Shown: piece after piece, positions 1-6,567 of the stretch
Position numbering within the stretch: position 1 is the first letter of the stretch
Layout of the letters: each line of letters opens with the position of its first letter
IMG/VR virus record: IMGVR_UViG_3300025122_000007
Location: 101,620-120,396 of that record
Origin: a virus
Lineage: Duplodnaviria; Heunggongvirae; Uroviricota; Caudoviricetes
Strand: one strand, 5' to 3'
DNA: 18,777 bases
Notes under the pieces: generated by a model
What the model was told of the DNA's origin: nothing
The model's database searches: none
Seen by the model: only the letters and a program-made list of their open reading frames with translations
Made by a program: the position numbers and the translations under genes

Positions 1-1572
1 GTTGGTGCCTCTGCCATTACAGGGTACGATCGCTTTGGTGTTCGAGGAGCAATTGGTGGGGCAGCCCTTGGTATCGGCCTTGGCTTTGGAATGGAGCTTG
101 GCAAGTTTGACCACGCAGAAGGAAATCTTGGAAAGACTCTTTGGAACGTAGGACTTGAGGGCATAGGAACATCTGCAGGAGCCTCCATGCTTGCATCGTC
201 GATGATGAAAGGGGCATTCTTCAGAGGGAAGCTGGGAAAGTACGGTACAGATGAGCAGCTTGTGGGCATGGCTGAGAGCCTAGGTCTTTCTCCTGAAATA
301 GGAAAGGCAGGTGGCATGTATGGGATGTTGGGGAGATCTTATAGGCAAAAGATTGAAACTGCACTCCCAGGTAAGCTTGGAGAGATTCTGGGAAGAGGAG
401 TGGAGGCTCAAACAGGATCTCCTCACATGTTGGATGCAGTTCTTCAGCATGGTTCCATTCAAGCGATTCCTCCTCAAGAGTTCTTTATTGCGAATGCAAG
501 AGATGTTATGTCTGGTGCTGCTGCGGGCTTTGTGGCATCAAGTCCCATTGCATTCGGTTCGTACCTGTTCTCTGGAAAAGACGATGCTTACAACTCGATC
601 GAAGGTCTTCCTCATAAGGGGATGGCTGGGGCCAGTCGTAGACAAAGAACCGACTTCGGGTCTGGTTATCAAGGAGAAGATCAGGTTGGAGCCTTTGGCG
701 GTATGGTGGGACTCGGAGCCACCCTCTATGCAGGTCGTGGCGCATACAGTGTTCGTGGAAACTTGATGATGGCTCGTGGCCACTGGCGTGGATACATGGA
801 CTTCTTCCATGGTACTCCGATTGCGAACAGAGCGAATATCTTGGCGGAAGGTCTTGTGCCCAATGCCAAGGACTGGGACAAGATCAAGCATCTGACTCCT
901 ACAGACCCTGCTCAGAAGGCTCTGTTCGCTCAAATTAGAGAGAAGGGAGAGAGGGTATTCTTCTCTGGTGAATCTTGGATTGCAAGAGCACATGCAAGTC
1001 AACAGGTAAAGCAGAACATTGGTCCTTTTATGGAAAACATGGGAAAGGCCAAAGGTATGCTGGGTTATTTCCACCCTTCTGTTCATGGAGGAAAAGCAGA
1101 GGGAGCGATATTCAAGTTCCGCCTTCCGATGGAAGAGATCGCTTCTCAGACTGGCCTCTTGGCTCAGTATGAAGCCATTACAGGGAGTGAAGGAGTTTCT
1201 AAGTTTCTCAAGGGATGGGGAGATGCATTTGCTTCTCATACAGGTCCTTCTATTGACCTATCAAGAGCAGGAGGGGTGGCTCCTGAACTCTTTAATGAGG
1301 TAATTCCGACAAGAGGAGGAGAGATTCTCTGGGGAGAGAAGGAGGTCCTAAGGGCTGCAGAAACCACAGGCTTTAAGCCCAATAAGGCAAAGGCTGCTGG
1401 AAGATTTGCTCTTGCAATGGCTCCAATAGTATTGGCAGGCTGGGGAGTGAACAAGATGTGGAATGCGATGCATACAGACGCGACTACAGACATGAAGAAG
1501 AAGATGTCCAGGAAGAATATTCAAGGACATGCTAATATGGATCCAAAGAGGCATATGAATATTTATGGCTAA
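1..1572 (+). CDS. 5'-truncated Gly-rich membrane-associated protein with central ADP-ribosyltransferase-like (KptA/Tpt1/Arr/PARP-like, HGT-motif) domain
   Basis: Frame 1 is open from base 1 (VGASAITGYDRFGVRGAIGGAALGIGLGFG precedes the track's Met at 91). ART-like motifs in order: FFHGT...NILAEGLVP (His codon 808-810), RVFFS...ARAHA, GAIFKFRLP, GGVAPELF (~1270-1293). Several Gly/Ala hydrophobic stretches and a C-terminal hydrophobic helix (1405-1449). Ends TAA. The CDS is secure; the ART call is motif-based. Confidence 0.75.
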   Translation, partial: VGASAITGYDRFGVRGAIGGAALGIGLGFGMELGKFDHAEGNLGKTLWNVGLEGIGTSAGASMLASSMMKGAFFRGKLGKYGTDEQLVGMAESLGLSPEIGKAGGMYGMLGRSYRQKIETALPGKLGEILGRGVEAQTGSPHMLDAVLQHGSIQAIPPQEFFIANARDVMSGAAAGFVASSPIAFGSYLFSGKDDAYNSIEGLPHKGMAGASRRQRTDFGSGYQGEDQVGAFGGMVGLGATLYAGRGAYSVRGNLMMARGHWRGYMDFFHGTPIANRANILAEGLVPNAKDWDKIKHLTPTDPAQKALFAQIREKGERVFFSGESWIARAHASQQVKQNIGPFMENMGKAKGMLGYFHPSVHGGKAEGAIFKFRLPMEEIASQTGLLAQYEAITGSEGVSKFLKGWGDAFASHTGPSIDLSRAGGVAPELFNEVIPTRGGEILWGEKEVLRAAETTGFKPNKAKAAGRFALAMAPIVLAGWGVNKMWNAMHTDATTDMKKKMSRKNIQGHANMDPKRHMNIYG

Positions 1573-1750
1573 AAAAGAAAACATTGGTCCTATCAAGGAC
1601 AGAAGGTATAGAGAGGCTACGGTGAATAGGAGGAGCGCCTTTACGAGGGTATTGTGCGACCCCACATTCGTACCCATCTTCATCAAGAGAACACTGGACA
1701 GCAAACCAGCGGAACATTTATTGGATCCGTTCGGTTTTAGGAATGCATAA
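1565..1750 (+). CDS. Small basic hypothetical protein (61 aa)
   Basis: Fills the gap exactly: 8-nt ATGGCTAA overlap with the upstream stop and TAATG overlap with the downstream start, which indicates translational coupling. Confidence 0.65.
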   Translation: MAKKENIGPIKDRRYREATVNRRSAFTRVLCDPTFVPIFIKRTLDSKPAEHLLDPFGFRNA

Positions 1751-2634
1751 TGATCCCACAAGAACTATGGACCGATAGGGCGCTCGAGTATGAGGGCGCA
1801 GGTAGAATGCAGAATGCAATGATGGCCCGTGCCACAGGCACAGGTCGGATTGGCCGGATGAGAGTTCGTCAAGGACTTTCGGCAGCTCGCAAAGGGTGGG
1901 CAACGATGGCAAACAAAGGTCAGGCCTGGGCGGCAGGAGAGTTCAGCGCCGGAGCTTGGCATGGAGCAGATGGTAAGAAGATCTCTCAACGAGCTCTGTG
2001 GAAATCTGATAGTCCTTTAGCAATGCTGCAAGAAGCGAAGTACACCAAGCCTGGTCAGCGGCGTGCCTTTGACAAATGGGGTAAGGGTGTAAATCCTGAG
2101 AAGTTCTTTGGAAGAGGAGCGGCTGGTCACCTGTCTAGGGGCGCTAGCAATACTGTCAAGAACACTGGCAGTGCCTTTGCGATGGGTGCACTCGGAGGCG
2201 GCTACGGGGCTCTTCTTGGGGGAATCTTTCTTCATGGCGGAGCCATGGGAATGTCAGGTAACAATGTAGCATCTCCATACGATGGATTCGTTCGAGGAGC
2301 TGTCCATACGGCAGCTGGATTCCTTGGATTCGATTTAGGTATGAGTGCAGGCGCGGCAGTCGGTGCGACATTAGGTTCGGTGCTTGGGCCCGCAGGTACC
2401 GTTATTGGTGCAGCAGTAGGCGGGCTCGCAGGCGCTATGGGCTTGGAAGCTGCATCAGATCTTCCTTGGAAGATTGCAGAGATGGGATATGCGGCGACCA
2501 AACCGTTCGCTTCTCCTTTCCTAGATTCACAAAGAGCTGCTACAATGAGACAGAGGTCTATGAATATGATAAACCAGTCTGCCATGAATGCCAGAAGTGC
2601 ATTGAGTATGGAAGCAGCTGGGTATCACCTATAA
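1750..2634 (+). CDS. Glycine-zipper membrane protein (294 aa), putative virion internal/ejection protein
   Basis: TAATG coupling. GxxxG zipper GMSAGAAVGATLGSVLGPAGTVIGAAVGGLAG, a second Gly-rich hydrophobic segment, and a C-terminal helix DSQRAATMRQRSMNMINQSAMNARSALSMEA. Function is inferred. Confidence 0.75.
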   Translation: MIPQELWTDRALEYEGAGRMQNAMMARATGTGRIGRMRVRQGLSAARKGWATMANKGQAWAAGEFSAGAWHGADGKKISQRALWKSDSPLAMLQEAKYTKPGQRRAFDKWGKGVNPEKFFGRGAAGHLSRGASNTVKNTGSAFAMGALGGGYGALLGGIFLHGGAMGMSGNNVASPYDGFVRGAVHTAAGFLGFDLGMSAGAAVGATLGSVLGPAGTVIGAAVGGLAGAMGLEAASDLPWKIAEMGYAATKPFASPFLDSQRAATMRQRSMNMINQSAMNARSALSMEAAGYHL

Positions 2635-2644
2635 GAGGTATAGT

Positions 2645-3016
2645 ATGTGGAATAAAATGACAGACGCACTCAACAGTGCAAACGATTGGATGAGAGCTCC
2701 AGAGAACAGGAACGTCGCTCTTGGTCTTGCTGGCGCGGCAGCTATTCCAGCTCTTTACATGGCCGGTCCTACCGGAACAGGCATGGCTGCTGGTGGTTAC
2801 TTTGGTGCACGCTCAGCGATGAGCGGCATGGCAAGGCCTCTTGCTGGGAAGATGGGAGCCACAATGCTCAAGGCGAGTGGAAGGGCTGGCTATATGCGTG
2901 GCGCACACTCTCTTGGTGTGTTTAGTGGCAATGCTCTAAGAGGTGGTATCGGTGGAGTCGCAGGAGCCGTCGGTGGAGGAATCGCTGGTGCAGCTCTCGG
3001 AGCCCTCTGGGATTAA
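2645..3016 (+). CDS. Small glycine-zipper membrane protein (123 aa), paralogue A
   Basis: GAGG SD at 2635-2638. Starts MWN, ends GGIAGAALGALWD. Hydrophobic Gly/Ala segments. Confidence 0.8.
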   Translation: MWNKMTDALNSANDWMRAPENRNVALGLAGAAAIPALYMAGPTGTGMAAGGYFGARSAMSGMARPLAGKMGATMLKASGRAGYMRGAHSLGVFSGNALRGGIGGVAGAVGGGIAGAALGALWD

Positions 3017-3017
3017 G

Positions 3018-3317
3018 ATGTGGAATACACTTAAAACTAATGCGGAGCCTATCATGCAGGCAGTGAAAGCAAACCCGATGAAGGCTCTTGGCTACAGTGC
3101 TGTGGGCCTTGGCTCTATCGCTGGTGTAACAGGGATAAATGCCTTGGCGTATGAGCATGCAGGTGGTTTCTGGGGCGCAGCAGGTACAGGAGGTATCGCT
3201 AGTGCAATCACCGGCTATGCCGGTGGTGGTGGTGTGCGAGGAGCTATCGCTGGAGGGATCGCAGGGGGACTCTTTACTGGGTTCACGGCAATGGGGTCTC
3301 ACGCTCTTTGGTACTAA
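3018..3317 (+). CDS. Small glycine-zipper membrane protein (99 aa), paralogue B
   Basis: ATG at 3018 lies 1 nt after the upstream TAA and is preferred over the track start 2943. Starts MWN and ends ALWY, mirroring paralogue A. Extensive GxxxG repeats. Confidence 0.8.
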   Translation: MWNTLKTNAEPIMQAVKANPMKALGYSAVGLGSIAGVTGINALAYEHAGGFWGAAGTGGIASAITGYAGGGGVRGAIAGGIAGGLFTGFTAMGSHALWY

Positions 3318-3809
3318 ATGGCCTATTGTAAGTTCAGAAAAATAAAGAGAAGGACAAAGGATATACTGGACCCCATGGGGACCCGACTTCCTTTGACAAA
3401 GAGGCGTAGTCGTAACAGAAAAGCTCGCCTCATGTCTCACCTCAAAAGACTAAGTTTTCAAAAGAAATCAGCAGCGATGAAGCGAATCTACAACTCTCCG
3501 GAGTACAAGGCCTGGCGCAGGTCTGTCTTTGTCAGAGATAACTTCGCTTGTATCATGTGTGGCAGCGACGGATACGTTGAGGGACATCATATCCTTAGAA
3601 AATGGGACTACCCTGCATTGGTCTTCAACATGCATAACGGAGTCACTCTTTGTGGCCCGTCTACCAACAAGAAGTCCTGCCATGGCAAGGTCACGGGAAA
3701 AGAATACAAGTACATCACTAAGATCATGAGTAAGATGGGTGATCTTCAGAGAGCTCAGTTCAGACACATCTTAAAAAAGAAAGGAGTGAAACATGGACCG
3801 AGAAAGTAA
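3318..3809 (+). CDS. HNH endonuclease (possibly terminase-associated, HK97 gp74-like, or a homing nuclease)
   Basis: WRRSVFVRDNFACIMCGS...EGHHI...NGVTLC...CH is a CxxC/HNH zinc-binding pattern. TAAATG junction upstream. Lies directly before terL. Confidence 0.85.
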   Translation: MAYCKFRKIKRRTKDILDPMGTRLPLTKRRSRNRKARLMSHLKRLSFQKKSAAMKRIYNSPEYKAWRRSVFVRDNFACIMCGSDGYVEGHHILRKWDYPALVFNMHNGVTLCGPSTNKKSCHGKVTGKEYKYITKIMSKMGDLQRAQFRHILKKKGVKHGPRK

Positions 3810-3846
3810 GTATTATGTCTATGAGCTCTATTCAGAGAATGCTTAG
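3793..3846 (+). CDS. Possible 17-aa leader ORF (MDRESKYYVYELYSENA) in frame with terL
   Basis: AAGGAG at 3781-3786, 6 nt before ATG 3793. Ends at TAG 3844-3846, directly abutting the terL ATG. Too short for the ORF track. Confidence 0.35.
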   Translation: MDRESKYYVYELYSENA

Positions 3847-5889
3847 ATGGAAGGATTAACTCTTCACCCAGCATGCATCCGTTGTAAGAAGAAGAATACC
3901 CTCGAGAAGGATATTGTTCTGGAAGACGGGACCACGGTGTTCAAAGCCGGAGAGTTCCCCATCCAATGCAAAGGTATCCCTGCTGATTTCGGCCAGGTGG
4001 TAGACAAGGTCCTTGGTGACAAAAGAAGCTTCTTTGATAAGAATGAAGTTGAGATGCTTGAAGAAGGTCTCGACGCTACCAAGTGGGCAAAGAAGTGGTT
4101 GCTCGTTGATAAGGGTGGCTGGGAGCCGAGAGGTTGTACCCCACCCAACAAGCTTAAGTATGACCTTGATGACGATGCTGATATCTACCAAGAGATCATG
4201 CTCAAGTGTACTGCGAAGCGTAAGGTCTTCAGGATTGGACGACGTGGTGGAAAGACAGAGTCCATCTGTGTCAAGATGCTTCATCTCATTGACACCTGGC
4301 CTACGGGTCACTGTAAGATCCTTCTTGTCTGTCCTTTCAGATCACAGATCGATATTATCTACAAAAGACTCAATGAGTTGATCGCAGACTCTCCACGTCT
4401 GAAGAACCTCATCAAGCGCAAGGTCTCCAATCCATATCACGAGATCGAGTTTACCAATGGTTCCTACATCCGTGGCTTCTCAGCAGGCACCAACTCTGGT
4501 GCTAATGCTTCTTCCGTACGTGGACAGGGTGGTGACGTTATCGTTCTTGACGAGACGGACTACATGAACCCTGGAGATATCGACTCCATCGCAGCTATCC
4601 TGATGGACCACGAAGACACTCAGCTATGGGCCTCATCTACACCCACAGGTCGTAGGGACAAGTTCTATGAGTGGAGCTTCGACCCAGAATACAAGAACTT
4701 CCACTTCCCATCGATGGCGAACCCAAACTGGACCCACCGTATGGACCTTGAGTTCCGACGTACCCTTACCAAGGGCGGTTATATTCATGAGGTCCTTGCA
4801 GAGTTCGGAGACGACGATGCCGGAGTCTTCAGAAAGAAGGACATCGACTATGCCCTCAAGTGGGGCGGCAACTATGACTATGATGACAGCTACCATAGTC
4901 AGATCAATGCTCCAGGATGGGCCTATACGATCGGAGTGGACTGGAACCCGGTAAAGGGTACAGAGGTCATGGTCCTTGGTATTCATAGGTACACAAAAGA
5001 AGAGGCAGAGCTCGAAGGTGATTCTGCTCTTGAGGGAGAAGCATTCTTCAGGGTCGTTGACTCAAAGACCGTAGAAAGACAAGAGTTTACTGAAAGAGCG
5101 GCCAACCTGGAGATCATTCGTATGAATAGAAAGTGGGCACCGTTCGCTATCTATCTTGACTACGGTGGTGGTGGTGTCAATCACTTAGAGCAACTTAGAA
5201 TCTTCTCTGCGACAAAGCCCGATGGAACTGCTGACGGTAGAATCAAACACATCACCAAGAGCATCAACTTCTCTGGAAACATCGAAGCTTACGACCCTTG
5301 GTCCAAGAAGAAGACCAAGAAGCGTGCGAAGCAGATGATGATTGAAAATGCTCAGCGAAAGTTTGAGCAGCACAAGATTCAGTTGACGCAAGCAGATCCC
5401 ATTTTGACAAAGCAACTAGAGAACTATATTATCTCTCGTGTGACTCAGACCGGAATTCCGGTTTATGAAATGCAATCAGATGCGGTCGGAGACCACAAGC
5501 TTGATGCACTAGTTCTAGCATTGTTAGCAGTTCAGATGGAAGCGACCCAGTTCGGCAAGCCACGGCATGACGCAAAGATGCGTGTCGCCCCTGGTCTCGG
5601 ACAGGACATAGAGACTTCCGTAATAGAAGAACTTGGCAAGGCTGGAGTCAGCACCAAGCAACAGTTGAAGCTGGAGTTAGCCCCACAGCCTCGTGCTGTC
5701 AACGAAATGATCACACCGCGAACGGTGGTAAGGAGGAGTGACCATACTCATCGGTTCGCAAACGATAGAGATCATGAAAAGGACTGGGACAGAAGATTAT
5801 TAGCGCAACGCAAATCCAAGGTCAATAGAGGCAAGGGGTTTGGCAGGTTAAGAAATTCTCGAGGTCCACCAAGAAGATCGAACTTTTAA
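3847..5889 (+). CDS. terL: Terminase large subunit (ATPase plus RNase H-like nuclease)
   Basis: Walker A RIGRRGGKT, Walker B VIVLDE, motif III SSTPTG, nuclease aspartates in IGVDWN, IYLDYG and DHKLDA. Upstream of portal and capsid genes. Confidence 0.97.
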   Translation: MEGLTLHPACIRCKKKNTLEKDIVLEDGTTVFKAGEFPIQCKGIPADFGQVVDKVLGDKRSFFDKNEVEMLEEGLDATKWAKKWLLVDKGGWEPRGCTPPNKLKYDLDDDADIYQEIMLKCTAKRKVFRIGRRGGKTESICVKMLHLIDTWPTGHCKILLVCPFRSQIDIIYKRLNELIADSPRLKNLIKRKVSNPYHEIEFTNGSYIRGFSAGTNSGANASSVRGQGGDVIVLDETDYMNPGDIDSIAAILMDHEDTQLWASSTPTGRRDKFYEWSFDPEYKNFHFPSMANPNWTHRMDLEFRRTLTKGGYIHEVLAEFGDDDAGVFRKKDIDYALKWGGNYDYDDSYHSQINAPGWAYTIGVDWNPVKGTEVMVLGIHRYTKEEAELEGDSALEGEAFFRVVDSKTVERQEFTERAANLEIIRMNRKWAPFAIYLDYGGGGVNHLEQLRIFSATKPDGTADGRIKHITKSINFSGNIEAYDPWSKKKTKKRAKQMMIENAQRKFEQHKIQLTQADPILTKQLENYIISRVTQTGIPVYEMQSDAVGDHKLDALVLALLAVQMEATQFGKPRHDAKMRVAPGLGQDIETSVIEELGKAGVSTKQQLKLELAPQPRAVNEMITPRTVVRRSDHTHRFANDRDHEKDWDRRLLAQRKSKVNRGKGFGRLRNSRGPPRRSNF

Positions 5890-5957
5890 AGTTCCCTCGG
5901 CATCCTCTCTGCAGGTTTTCCTCCTCCTCCTTTTCCTGTGGAGAGGGTGCCACTTTA
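5887..5957 (+). promoter_or_regulatory. Long RNA hairpin with tandem anti-SD loop
   Basis: Arms 5899-5915 (GGCATCCTCTCTGCAGG) and 5935-5951 (CCTGTGGAGAGGGTGCC) give 14 Watson-Crick plus 3 G-U pairs with no mismatch. Loop TTTTCCTCCTCCTCCTTTT (5916-5934). Outer stem TAAAGT (5887-5892) pairs with ACTTTA (5952-5957). The structure is clear; its function is unknown. Confidence 0.75.
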
Positions 5958-5971
5958 TTCTTAGGAGAATC

Positions 5972-6454
5972 ATGGCCTTAAAGCTATACGAATACAATGA
6001 GGACACCAATCAGTTTGATGAGATTACAGCGATCAATCCGATCTCAAGCTCACACAACGGTGTTGACGGAGAGACTGTAACTCAAAAGCTCTTCATCAGA
6101 AACGACGACCTAACCAAATGGTATTCTGGAATTACCATCCTACCTACATCTACGCCTGACGACCTGGTCAGTGCGGGTAACGTGGCGGGATGGGAGGTGA
6201 AGTTGCTCGGTGGAGACACTGCGCCCACAGAGGGACAGTGGACGAATCGAGTTTCTGGAACGGTCCTGCCAAGCACAGCGAACATGGCGACAGCCTCTCC
6301 TCGCATTCACTTCCTTCCACAAATAGGAACAGCGGTTGCACCAGATGATAACTACTATCCATTCTGGCTCCGCATCGTAGTTCCAGTAAATACAAGAAAT
6401 AGAACAGAAAACGGAATCAGTCTTACGGTTGATGAAACGGAGAACGCAATCTAA
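5972..6454 (+). CDS. Hypothetical beta-rich protein (160 aa), probably a virion structural protein
   Basis: AGGAG SD at 5963-5967. Thr/Pro/Asn-rich beta-strand pattern. Located in the head module. Confidence 0.8.
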   Translation: MALKLYEYNEDTNQFDEITAINPISSSHNGVDGETVTQKLFIRNDDLTKWYSGITILPTSTPDDLVSAGNVAGWEVKLLGGDTAPTEGQWTNRVSGTVLPSTANMATASPRIHFLPQIGTAVAPDDNYYPFWLRIVVPVNTRNRTENGISLTVDETENAI

Positions 6455-6567
6455 TGGTGAGCTACTCTGTCGTGGTAACCATAAACTCCGCTCTCTCTGC
6501 TGCCATCAAGCAGTTGAAGAGAAAAGATCTCAGAATCTTAAGGAGCAAAGGTCTGAGGAGTAAGTAA
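6454..6567 (+). CDS. Small basic protein (37 aa, MVSYSVVVTINSALSAAIKQLKRKDLRILRSKGLRSK), absent from the ORF track
   Basis: TAATG overlaps at both ends (6452-6456 and 6565-6569). Its N-terminus resembles that of the next gene. Confidence 0.65.
   Translation: MVSYSVVVTINSALSAAIKQLKRKDLRILRSKGLRSK

Noticed and set aside
538-1239. 233-aa minus-strand ORF, and the other minus-strand or nested ORFs in the track (e.g. 2922-3440, 7501-8079, 11788-12273)
   Set aside because: They lie antisense to, or out of frame within, well-supported coupled + strand genes. They lack SDs and recognisable motifs and have Ser/Leu/Arg-rich shadow-frame composition.
2943-3017. Track start sites at 2943, 10776, 16930 and 17267
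   Set aside because: They create long overlaps or lack SDs. Downstream ATGs (3018, 10938, 16957, 17288) fit the coupling or SD pattern better.
3222-3233. (GGT)4 microsatellite, also (GGT)4 at ~5164 in terL
   Set aside because: These are in-frame poly-Gly codons in Gly-rich or loop regions, with no sign of a contingency locus.
1750-3317. Tape measure protein call for the Gly/Ala-rich genes
   Set aside because: The glycine-zipper segments resemble those in tape measures, but the ORFs are short (99-294 aa), separately initiated and in a head-packaging rather than tail context.
3847-5889. Intein or intron in terL or portal
   Set aside because: ATPase and nuclease motifs are normally spaced, and there is no C/S...HN-C/S/T splice junction or LAGLIDADG motif. 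The extra length is in terminal extensions.
5916-5934. Minus-strand reading of the hairpin loop as a GGA-repeat CsrA/RsmA sponge (AAAAGGAGGAGGAGGAAAA)
   Set aside because: The three non-canonical stem pairs are G-U only on the + strand and would be A-C mismatches on the - strand, and all transcription here appears to be + strand. It cannot be fully excluded without RNA data.
5899-5962. Classical intrinsic terminator after terL
   Set aside because: The stem is followed by ACTTTATTCTT rather than a clean U-tract, and the 19-nt loop is atypically large. Partial termination remains possible, but it was not called as a terminator.
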